Position numbers and translations under genes: made by a program. Below the pieces are notes generated by a model. The model was given only the letters and a program-made list of their open reading frames with translations. It made no database searches and had not been told where the DNA came from. Of a DNA stretch of 32,000 bases, positions 1-9,932 are shown one piece after another. The stretch comes from Wallemia ichthyophaga EXF-994 (Eukaryota > Fungi > Basidiomycota), in contig NW_008806298.1 of NCBI RefSeq assembly GCF_000400465.1, forward strand, positions 30,001 to 62,000, read 5' to 3'. Each line of letters begins with the position of its first letter. The first letter of the stretch is position 1.

Positions 1-1113
1 GCTCTTCATAAGAGCGCTCAATGCTTCACTTCCAAATTTACCCTTAGGATAGCATATGAAGAGTGGTTGATGTTTTACATCGAATTTCTCCCTGAATGCA
101 CCGCGATTGGTGAGTCCAGCAGCCGAAACGATAGAGTTGTACATCTTGGACAACCATGCCATCCTCATACTGCTTAGATTGTGCGTCGGAATAAGCTGAT
201 CAGCGGCACTTATTCCGAAGCTACAATAGAGCACGCCTTGCGCTTGGAGTGACTCGAGGACATGATGCAACTGGTGCTCGCTCACGCCTCGAGGCGCGTT
301 AGGGAACACTATCGAGTGTTCGATTTGATGACAACTTGATGAAATTTTCGATAAAACGGTGAATCCCCATATCTAGGATGTGCGTTAGAGCGATACAAAC
401 AAGTTGAACTCCTACCCACTTTCCTAGAATCTCCATGACGCGCGTAGAAAAGACGACGATGATTAAGATCGACCCATGGTTGCAGGTCTTGAGTAGCGAT
501 CTGGATACCGGTACGCTTCTTCTTCCAATCGTGAATACCTTGTTCAACAGCCGCTTTGTCGCTGTCTGAGATTTCGTGCACCTCATCCACTACAATTCCT
601 TCTTTTATCGATCTGCGTACATTGCTACGAACATCCCTAGAACGCATGAGGTTGACAGTGGATAAGTCGACAATGTCCTAATAGAAACAGTTCAGCTGCA
701 ATACACCTATTTAACGCGCAACACACCTGTCTTATACACGATAAACTCGACCAATTGAGATCAGGCTCAGACAAAACGCGCTCAAATTCCTCCCCGACGC
801 ATGTCCACACACAAACTAGCCCATTGGACTGGCAGAAATGGATAAACTTTCTCGCGACAGTTGCCCAGCGTGATTTGTCGCAAATGGGAGATCCCCATGC
901 AATGACATAGTCCTTGTGCTTCGTGTATCCCTGTATACCTTCCCTAACGTTGCCCGTGTCATCCTCGTTATCGTCCTCGGATGAGCTGCTCTCCAGACCG
1001 TTAGCATCCATTTTGGTGAACTCCTTCCAAATTTCATAACGCTTATCCAACCACGAAGGACCGGCTGGCTGGTTGTAGCTGTTGCTGATACTATCTGCGA
1101 TATCTGACTTCAT
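1..1113 (-). CDS. Free-standing DUF2156 (aminoacyl-tRNA transferase, ErgS/ErdS-transferase-like) protein; 3' end runs off the window
   Basis: Exons 1113-727, 677-420, 372-<1; both introns phase 0 (726-678 GTGTGT..TAG; 419-373 GTGGGT..TAG). The joined 339-aa translation includes SWLDKRYEIW, IQGYTKHKDYVIAWGSPIC, WSSLSCIRQ, QDLQPWVD, FPNAPRGVSE, SFGISAAD, FREKFDVKHQPLFICYPKG, matching my recollection of fungal DUF2156 sterol aminoacyl-transferase domains. Confidence 0.8.
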
Positions 1114-1564
1114 TTGGTATCTGCGCTGTTTAATGTGAAGATACAAATTTCGGCTCCATCGAATACGTGCTAATTTTTTTGCCTATGATTCATACGTGAT
1201 ACGCAGTACCGTGCAAACGAAGAATTTCAAAGTCTTTGAAGAAATCGTATTTATTTTGCTGCTCTCTCGCACACTCAATTCCAATCCCACTCCCATAAGG
1301 ATAAATTTTCCTTTAGTTCCTCCCAATGACTTCATCTCACCTCGATCAGCACAGTGATTATCCGAAGAGCTTGGCTGTTTGGCGGACGCATTGGAATAAA
1401 TTTACTTTTGCTCATTTTCTACATGAGTTTTTCAAGTTAATTTTCCCCGTTCATTCCTGCACCAGGGTACCCATTGGAGTAATGGTAACTGGCCGGTTAG
1501 CAATTCGCAATAATGTAACCTGTGAAGTTATGTCCGCTAGCCAGCTACATGCGCCCAACTATAT

Positions 1565-1576
1565 CCCCACATATTT
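1565..1576 (-). promoter_or_regulatory. Candidate Mig1/CreA-type site (AAATATGTGGGG) upstream of the DUF2156 gene
   Basis: Matches AT-rich box + SYGGGG on the minus strand. Two TATAAA motifs lie nearby (~1574-1579 and ~1633-1638). Motif match only. Confidence 0.25.
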
Positions 1577-1797
1577 ATAATCAAGCTGCTTACGCGATTG
1601 CAGTTGGTGCCTCGCCAGGCTCAGCACCGCTATTTATAGTCATAGGATGGTAGACAGAAAAACACTTCTAATATCTTCTTATTGCTTCATAAAATTCTTT
1701 ACACTACCATATGGGAAAGCAAAAAAGCAAGAAAATTTATTTAAAACGAAGAATATTGTACTTGTGTTTAGAATGAATATCATGAGTAATAGCACCA

Positions 1798-3918
1798 CTA
1801 CTGATTACCACCAGCACCAGCCGCTTCTTTCTCCTTCTCCTCCCTCATCTCAGTTTCTTGGTCTGGCGTAGCCGGGATATCAAATCTGTCTCTGACCTTC
1901 TCGAACTCTTTAAGCATCTTTCTGCGTGCACCCACAGCTGCTACACCCTTTGCTTCCAAATCTGCTCCACACATATTCACCATTTCCTTCCAGTTCGACT
2001 CCTGGAAATTTGGAGTATACTTGTGTAATCTAAGCACTCTGAGCCAAGTAGCGACGTCATTGAGCACCCTCTCATCTACCTCCTCCTCGCTACTTATGGT
2101 ATTGTTACGCTGTCTTGATTGGGTTGATATAGACCTTTTGTTGGTGGCTGTTTGGTTAGGTGGTATACCCAGCGATTGTTGATTGAATGACTGCTTGTAT
2201 GGAGATGGCATTCTGCTCGCATTGTTCCCACCAAAAATTCCCAATCCTGGTCCCGCTCTTACGCTCTGTTGTTGCTGTTGAAGTCTACCGAGAGCGAGTT
2301 GCTGTTGCTGCAACAATTGCTGCTGTTGATGCAAGCTTTGCAACTGCATTGTTAGCAGTGGGTTGGAAGGGTTAGGCGACGTTGGCGCGCTAGTTTGTCC
2401 AGGTGATGACAAATTGTTTATTAATTGCTGCTGCTGTGCTAGCAATTGTTGTAAATTCTGATTGTTATTCACAGACGTCCCGCCTGGTGTCAATAAACCA
2501 TTGTTCAGTGCACCATTAGTGTAGTCATCTTGATTTTGCGCTGCATTGATATCATCATAATTAACTGATTGCCTAGATTGACGACGGAATTTCCTCGCAT
2601 CATCTAAACGTATGGCTGAGTTATTCGTGTTACTGTTGTTACTGTTGCTACTGTTATTGGTTACGCTCGCGTACCAATTTTGTAAATCTGCATCAAATTG
2701 ATTTTGGTTTCCATTTCCACTCCCACCCATTGGGAAGTTGCTAATCGATGGTGTGTTGACCATTGAGGACCAGTTGGCAGATTGTTGCAATGGTGATGAC
2801 ATATTAGCATTAGCTTGTGCTATTGCAATTGCTTGATCGTCTGCAAAGTCCTGCACTGAATCAGACCTAACAAATGATCCAGAATCGGATGATTTTGGTC
2901 TGACATCTGACGCAGCTGATGGCGTTGGTGAGCGTCTCTCTTGCACTTGCTCAAGCCCAGAACCTCTTTGCCAACTTGGTGATCTAAGATTATCAGTCGA
3001 TGATCCAGCACCGATAGTTCCAGGTCCAGGTAAATGTCCTGGAGCTGACGTTCTCTTGGAGTTGAATCTTTGCCTGTGTGCATTTAAAGCGTCGTCCGGC
3101 GATAAATGATGTTCACCAGCAGCCAGTGACTGACGATTAATTGCAGCCGCTGTCATATTTGGTGAATTTTTTGCTGATATACCTGATACAGCTGCCAAAT
3201 TTGGTGACTTGAATGACATTCTAGACATATCAGCTTCAAGTTGACCGTCAAGGTTTGCTCCAACGGAAGGACTGAAAAGTGCTTGTGAGACAGGATCAGA
3301 ACGGCTCATTTGTTGGAGCACGGTGATGAAGAATCTGATCTGCATCTGGAAATATGTGAGAATTGAGAAAGGCTGATGCTTATAAATACCCAAACGCACC
3401 TGAGAAGAATGCTGTAAAAGCGAGTAGAGAGCTGCGGTTCTTTCAGCCTCGCTGAGAACTCTGAACCACTGCTCAATAGCAACGAGCTCCTCTTTAAAGT
3501 TCTGGTCGAGGGAAGCAGCCGCCATTTCCTCGAGAGTTTCTTCATAGCTGCCTAGATTCTCGAACCACTGATCAAGAGCATCTGGGCTGGTCATGCCTAA
3601 ACCGGCCGAACCAGGAGGCAGCTGGGCGGAATTAAGAAGCTGTGATTGGGCTTGAGTCCAGCCACTACCGCCGCCGTGTGCCATCTCAGAGGCTGGTCTC
3701 TGTACACGTGGACTGGCAGGGGATTTAGAAGCACCAAAAGTCTGTCTGGCTGGATTATTTCTAGCATATTGAGCAGCCGATGATCTCTGATATGCAGCAG
3801 CGTTCACCGTCGTTGGGCTCGGAGAACGCGAGTGTGATCCATGTACATTTGGGGGATTTAAGCTTGAATTTGGGGGTGAGGAAGGTAAAGAGAACCTGTT
3901 CTGTGATGTACCAGACAT
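1798..3918 (-). CDS. VTS1: Vts1/Smaug-family SAM-domain RNA-binding protein
   Basis: N-terminal block LDQWFENL..YEETLEEMAAASLDQNFKEELVAIEQWFRVLSEAERTAALYSLL..QIRFFITVLQQM. C-terminal SAM domain DVATWLRVLRLHKYTPNF..DLEAKGVAAVGARRKMLK. One 54-nt intron at 3399-3346 (GTGCGT..CAG). Confidence 0.93.
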   Translation of the reverse strand: MSGTSQNRFSLPSSPPNSSLNPPNVHGSHSRSPSPTTVNAAAYQRSSAAQYARNNPARQTFGASKSPASPRVQRPASEMAHGGGSGWTQAQSQLLNSAQLPPGSAGLGMTSPDALDQWFENLGSYEETLEEMAAASLDQNFKEELVAIEQWFRVLSEAERTAALYSLLQHSSQVRLGIYKHQPFSILTYFQMQIRFFITVLQQMSRSDPVSQALFSPSVGANLDGQLEADMSRMSFKSPNLAAVSGISAKNSPNMTAAAINRQSLAAGEHHLSPDDALNAHRQRFNSKRTSAPGHLPGPGTIGAGSSTDNLRSPSWQRGSGLEQVQERRSPTPSAASDVRPKSSDSGSFVRSDSVQDFADDQAIAIAQANANMSSPLQQSANWSSMVNTPSISNFPMGGSGNGNQNQFDADLQNWYASVTNNSSNSNNSNTNNSAIRLDDARKFRRQSRQSVNYDDINAAQNQDDYTNGALNNGLLTPGGTSVNNNQNLQQLLAQQQQLINNLSSPGQTSAPTSPNPSNPLLTMQLQSLHQQQQLLQQQQLALGRLQQQQQSVRAGPGLGIFGGNNASRMPSPYKQSFNQQSLGIPPNQTATNKRSISTQSRQRNNTISSEEEVDERVLNDVATWLRVLRLHKYTPNFQESNWKEMVNMCGADLEAKGVAAVGARRKMLKEFEKVRDRFDIPATPDQETEMREEKEKEAAGAGGNQ

Positions 3919-4015
3919 TTTATTCAGTTGGTATATTTAAACGTTCAACGCAGCTGTGAAGGAGCGATTGGGCCACTGCAGTCGTGAATTCGGACATATT
4001 TCAATTTTCAAAATT

Positions 4016-5435
4016 TTAGACTTGTACAAATGCTCTATATACTTCTAGTGATGAACTTGAGCTTGATTTGATTTTTATCCCCGCGCCTGCTCCTACAAAC
4101 AACACGTCTCCTGTTTTCATTGTCTCGCTTTGACCTTGGTTTTCGACGAGGCCAGTTCCGTCAACGACCGCAAGGATGCTAGGTCCGTTTAGCGCATCGT
4201 GTTTTGTAGACTCGCCTCGAGAAAGTTGCACTCTAGCCACGCTGAACTCCTCAATCGGTGGGTCGTACACGATCGTGTGCGCCGCCCCTTTAAGGGAAGT
4301 CGTTTTCATTAACTGCGCATCGGCAGGAGCGGTCTCGTATGTCAGCATATCGACGAGCGTATTTACATCTCGCAGTTTTGGCGTTAGTCCCGCTCTAACT
4401 ACGTTGTTCGATGTCGCCATACACTCCATGATATCACCCGCGATATACGCGTGAGGGTCGTCTGCTTTGAGGAAGACGCTCTCGCCCGGCTTGAGTTGGA
4501 CTACGTTGAGAAGGAAGGTGCAGAATATTCCAATGTCTCCGGGGAATTGATCGTTCAGAGTGAGGACGAGTTGACGGACAGCATAGATGGAGTCACCGGC
4601 AATGTCTTCGTGTGTCTGGCTGGTGTATCTTGAGACAATGGCTTTGGTGAGCTCAGCGATCTTGTCTTGTGGTGCCGACATTACACCGCTAAAGACCCTT
4701 TTGAGAGCATCCTTTATTTCTTTGTCTAATGAGGCTGTTTTGAGATCCTGAACGTCTTTCTCTTCAACGAATGCTCTAAACTCCTTGACGCTATCGAGAA
4801 AGTGCACAATCTGCTCCTTTGGTCTGAATCCACAAAATCCTTTGAATTCAGTGAGTGCTATAGCCATTTCTGGCTATGGGAAGTGTGTTAGAGTGGGATA
4901 TGCGCAGACCGAGGACAAAGTACCTTATGATTTGAGTCTGAATTGACATAATCAGTGAAATACTACATCTTTTACGCTCCACCAACCTTTGTAGACATCC
5001 GGGCGATCTTTGTGCAGCTGCTCTGCAAGTCTTTTGTTCGGATGAGCCTGTACGCTCAACGCTTTCTCGATAGCGAGCACTTTAAACAGAAATGGCAGCC
5101 CGCCATCGCATGTTGTCTCTTTGAAAGCCTGCTTCACTTGATCTCCAACGAGTTGCGGGTTGCGCTGGAGATAGTGCGATAGCTTGCTTGATGGATCGTT
5201 GGCAAGATAGGCAGGCGCCTGCTCATGCGTACCCATCCACAGCTAAACCCGATCAGCATCACTTGCTCTCCCTCTCGTGAACCTACGAACCCACTTCAGC
5301 GTATGGCTTATCTTCTACCTGAAAACCCGGTATTGAGACCTCAGCGAAAGCTGCAGCTTTTGACAACTTGCCAACTTTGCCCCAATCGTAGGATTGAATG
5401 CCTGGAATAATTTTAAACACACTGCTGCTGTTCAT
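4016..5435 (-). CDS. PMI40: Mannose-6-phosphate isomerase (type I PMI)
   Basis: Exons 5435-5295, 5242-4987, 4937-4924, 4873-4016 give QSYDWGK, PYAELWMGTH, LPFLFKVL, LSVQAHP, DSNHKPEMAIALT, HAYIAGDIMECMATSNNVVRAGLTPK. Confidence 0.96.
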
Positions 5436-5667
5436 CGTCGTCGTACGGATAAGAAGCCGGTGAGCCGATGACGATGACAATTACAATGACAATGACGATG
5501 GCATGACGCACCCATAGTATTATAATTATTAGATGCATTCATTTCAAGTAGTTATAGTAATTGAGACTGAGAATATAAAGAGTGCGTCGGAGAGTTCTAC
5601 ATGTGTTTGGTCAGATGAGAGAAAGAGAGGTGTATTTGGAGTTGAGCGTTGAGTGGAACGCGTGTGC

Positions 5668-7567
5668 TTAGTGCTTCGATTTCTGCTCTTTCTTTTCATC
5701 TCCATTTTCATGCTTTATTGTCAACTTGTTTTGCAACTCAGTCTCGACTTCCTCTTGAACAAAGTCTATGGTATTCCACCTAGATGCTCTCTCCACAGCT
5801 CTGTTCCACAATCTGTAGACTCTTTGTCGTAATTTCGCATCGTCGTGTGGTGCAAAGAAGACGTTACCGGCAGTATTCACCAGATCTAATGTCTCAGGTT
5901 TGGTCACGTCCCAGCCCCACAACTTCAATGCTGATCCTGCCATAATAGCAGATCCTAATGCTGTAGACTCTCTCATCGTTGGTCGCTCGACTTCGACACC
6001 CAAGATATCCGATTGTATTTGCATCGCCAAGTCTGAATTGGTCATACCACCATCAACTCTAAGGATGTGGATGTTAACGCCTGAGTCAGCGTTCATGGCC
6101 TCGAGGATAGCTCTAGTTTGGAAGCAAGCTGCTTCTAGTGTAGCTCTAGCGACGTGAGCCTTTGTGGTATAACCTGTCATACCTAAAGGGACAATTTAGA
6201 ATAACTGATTTGAAGAAATAAATTATAACCAACCTATCAAGGTACCAGTAGCAGCACTGTCCCAGTATGGTGCGAACAGACCACCAAATGCAGTAACAAA
6301 GTAAACACCACCAGTGTCGTGCACTTGCGCAGCGAGTTCACCAATCTCGGAAGCACTGTCGATAAGCTCCATATTATCACGTAGCCAAGTAATGGCAGCA
6401 CCAGCGACAGATACTGAACCTTCTAATGCAAAATGAGTTGGGTAATCGGGTCCAGCTTTGTAAGCGACAGTACTGATCAAGCCGTTTTTGCTATATTTGA
6501 CTTCTTCACCAGTGTTAAAAAGCAAGAAAGCACCGGTACCGTACGTATTTTTAGCTTCACCTGCTCTGATGCATTTCTGACCGACAAGGGCAGCCTGTTG
6601 ATCACCAAGCATACCAGATATAGGAACACCGATGAAAGGACCGTGGTCAATGTTACCGTAGACTTCAGAAGAGGATTTGATTTGGGGAAGGATGGACGCT
6701 TTGAGTCCAAAGAAATCCAAAAGGGATTGGTCCCAGTCACAAGTCTGTAAGTTGAAAAGGAGAGTTCTTGAAGCGTTACTAATGTCGATGTAGTGGAAAC
6801 CTTTACCAGGACCACCAGTGAGGTTGTAAAGGTACCAACTATCAATAGTACCGAAGCAAAGACGGTCTTCTTCCATGGCGATTCTGACGTCATCGACGTG
6901 TTCAACGAGCCACTTCAACTTTAAACCGGAAAAGTAGGTAGTGAGGGGCATACCAGTTTTATCTTTTAAGATATCAGGGCCCTCGTCACCTGACAGCTCT
7001 TTAATCATGGTGTTTGTACGTGAATCATCCCAAACGATGGCGTTGTAGAGGGGCTGACCGGTATGGCGATCCCAGACGAGGGTAGTCTCACGCTGGTTAG
7101 TGATACCGAAAGCCTTCACAGCATCGAACGTGATTCCCGCGGCTTCCATTTTGTCTGCAATACAATCCATGACGATATAGACGGATTCGAGGAGGTCGAG
7201 TGGATCTTGTTCGTGCCAGCTGGAAAAGGGGTGAGCGGGGATGAAAGGAAGGCGGCCAACTAACCCAGGATAAGGATAATGCTGTGGATACTCAACTTGG
7301 TGCATTAGCGTTGGCGTGCCTTCAATAGGGTAAGCGGGTGATAGACTGTATACGCAGCAACCCACCAAACTTATCGAATAAGATGCAACGAGTGGAGCTG
7401 TGGGGACATTAGGCCTAGTTGATACACCACGCCAATCAACTCACGTTGTACCTGTGGAATACGTTAGATTGATAAATACATGTTGAGTTGAGAAACTCAC
7501 CCGTATCAATCGCAGCAACAAACTCAGTCATTCCGTCGGAGTTTAAGTTTGTCTGTTCTTGAGACAT
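5668..7567 (-). CDS. GUT1: Glycerol kinase (FGGY family)
   Basis: Exons 7567-7501, 7451-7445, 7397-7366, 7319-7265, 7219-6234, 6182-5668 give IDTGTTSTR, GITNQRETT, YNAIVWDD, GDQQAALVGQ, KNTYGTGAF, ALEGS, FGGLFAPYW, LRVDGGMT, ESTALGSA. A second possible start ATG is at 7531. Confidence 0.96.
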
Positions 7568-7954
7568 AAATTTAGTTTTATCAATCCTCGTTGGTGGTTG
7601 AGGAGTGCGTGGGTGAGCCTTGGGTAGCCAGCTATGATGTAGCCAATTGAAAAAATTGGATTTATTCGATTATTCCGTATGTGGCCTCTTCATTGCCTTT
7701 ATATTCCCGTAATTCCTACGTCTCGTCTGTATCCCTGCATTCGTCATTCCATACGCCGATCTGCAACCATTCCCGGGAAAAAGCACGCGGCAGGTCACCC
7801 GTATGCATACAATTAATAGGTTGTCCCATTAACCCTTTTTAGGGCTTTTTTCCTACTCTCTGAGGTGCCCCACATGGCACGTTACCCAATCAATGCTGTA
7901 GCCCAGTGTCATGTTTTTATTGTTTTATCCATTGAGAATTACATTTAAAACCAA

Positions 7955-9189
7955 CTAATCCAACACCGGCTCCAATTCTCCATAAACCTTAGTTCTAAAG
8001 TACGAATCATCAAACCAATGCACACGCACGTATCCATCCTCTCCTCCACTCGCAAACGCCTTTCCTTGTGGATGTACTGCGATCGTATTGATTGGTCCGA
8101 AATGTCCCTTCACTCTGCCCACTTCCTCCGCAAACACCTTGTGCCAGAATCTGCACTCAAAGTTTCCTGAACGGCCAGATGTTGTAACATTCATCGCTTC
8201 CTGTCCACCACCGAGGATAATATAGTGACTGCCTGGGGCTATAGATGCTGAGTTGAGAGGTGAGTCGGTGCTAAATGTTTTGATGACGTCCAAAGTCTTT
8301 GTGTCAAAGAGCTGTCAGTGTGTTAGATTGAGCACTTTACTTAAAATACCCTTATCTCACCCTCGAAATCTTGTCTTTACTCGATGTAATGAAATAGCTC
8401 TGATCTGGCGAGAGTTGCAAATCCATTATGCTGTCTTGATGTGCCTCTTCATTCTCGCCAATCTGCTTCTTCTCTTCATAGTTAAACTTGGCAATCTTAC
8501 CGCTTTCATGCGCTGTGACTATCTCGTTTGGAATAGCTGTGAATGCTGCAACGGTTACTTTGCTTCCTGCAGGCTCGAAAAAGTGCTTGGGCTCAGCCGC
8601 TTGCTGTGTTGGTTGTTCTTTGTTTATCTCAATAATACGAAGAGCTCCCTTGTACCCCATACGCTCCTCCGTGACAGCCAATATCTTGCTGTCATCGTTA
8701 GACCACTGCACGCGCTTGATAGCTGTTGGGAATTCCCAAGTGTACAGACATGCGCCTGTCTTCACAGACCAAAGTTTTAACGCATTATCCGCTGAACCAG
8801 ACACCAAGAATTCTGATTTCTTATCAACGGAGACTGTCCATACAGTACCCTTGTGGCCTTCGTAAGTGCCAAGTCTAGTGTGCGTGTAAGTTGGGAGGCG
8901 TCTTCTCGATAGTGTGTCGCATACCTCTCACCGTTATGCGAGTACCAGACGTTTATTCTGTGATCTTTGGATACGGAGAATATAAGATCACCGTCTTTGT
9001 TGTCTGGTGGTCGTTAGGCGTGCCCAGGTGTGTTTGAGTGCACTCACAGATAATCTGCGTCAAAGAACGCTCGTGTCCTGAGAGAAATTAGCCTGAGTGG
9101 ACAACAAACGGTGCTCTAGTACCTTGGAGTAATATTGGGCGCTGTAAATCCATCAGCTGCGTTCTTCTCGCTCATTTCCCACTTACCAT
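7955..9189 (-). CDS. TIF34: Translation initiation factor eIF3 subunit i (WD40)
   Basis: ATG alone (9189-9187), then exons 9141-9123, 9077-9048, 9003-8925, 8874-8361, 8311-7955. Gives [70 protein letters not shown]. Confidence 0.96.
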
Positions 9190-9517
9190 CCTCAAAGTAC
9201 AAGTTGAGCGGGTAAAAATACCATTCCGACTTGTACGCTGAACTTTTATTTGAATAAATTTGCAAATATGCTTGGGTTTATACGTGGTAGCAATTTCAAC
9301 GATATTTGGGTTTTACGCCTGCCGCCTGGCTTGGTGGTGTTGTGCATGTTGAGCTGCGAGTAAGAAAGCAGCAGCGAGATGTTACAGATCTTGAGACTCA
9401 GTACACGTGACACGGCACTATTCAATTTCGATGATATCGGCCATCTTCCCATCCGCCGCCATCACTCCAACACAACTCGTACCTTCACAACACTCTACAA
9501 CTTGAAATATATCCGTT

Positions 9518-9881
9518 ATGGGCATCACTCACATCGTTGGTTTTAAATACAAGGATTTCGTTTCGGCCCCGCTGCGCAAGGAGATAGCCCACAGGTTGCT
9601 CGCTATGAGCGATACATCTGGCGTTATTCAGTCGGTCAAAGGCGGGCGCATTGTGGACTTAGAATTACTGGCCAAGGGCTTCCACCACGCTTTTGTACTC
9701 AAGTTCAATCGCTGGGAAGACCTACAGTTCTGTGGGTAGCCTTAGCATGACAAAATACAATCCTCCACTCACAAACATCACAGACCAACAGTTTGATCAA
9801 TCTCACAATGATTTCAAAGCCCTCGTCGAAGATCTTACAGTCGACGTGCAAGTCTGGGACTTTGAGGACTTTGAATTCTAA
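9518..9881 (+). CDS. Stress-responsive alpha/beta-barrel (Dabb) domain protein
   Basis: Exons 9518-9731 and 9784-9881 (intron 9732-9783 GTGGGT..CAG). ITHIVGFKYK..SVKGG..GFHHAFVLKF..FYQQFDQSHNDFK..WDFE follows the Dabb pattern HIVxFK..kgG..thaFv.eF..Y...HxxF..vDF. Confidence 0.75.
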
Positions 9882-9932
9882 ACCTAGTCAGAGAATGAGA
9901 ATTACCCTAAATAAATCAATACAAAGCTATTA

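Noticed and set aside
1226-1240. Inverted repeat TTCAAAG-T-CTTTGAA
   Set aside because: Only 7-bp arms, a single instance, no associated element.
1326-1580. 84-aa plus-strand ORF in the large intergenic gap
   Set aside because: No motif, splice support or coding-like composition; this length is expected by chance.
7770-7779. Palindrome TTCCCGGGAA and a nearby GTGGGG (7868-7873) in the GUT1 upstream region
   Set aside because: Short motifs that can arise by chance; the GC box lacks the AT-rich flank. Not assignable without conservation data.
8253-8865. Plus-strand ORFs of 175 and 125 aa
   Set aside because: They overlap TIF34 exons on the opposite strand and have no recognisable features.
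9246-9452. 68-codon ORF upstream of TIF34 as a uORF
   Set aside because: It spans most of the divergent promoter shared with the Dabb gene and probably lies upstream of the TSS; no evidence of transcription.
4016-9881. PMI40 + glycerol kinase + Dabb as an osmoadaptation gene cluster
   Set aside because: Interrupted by TIF34, no shared pathway step, and no shared promoter motif that I could support; adjacency is explained by gene density.
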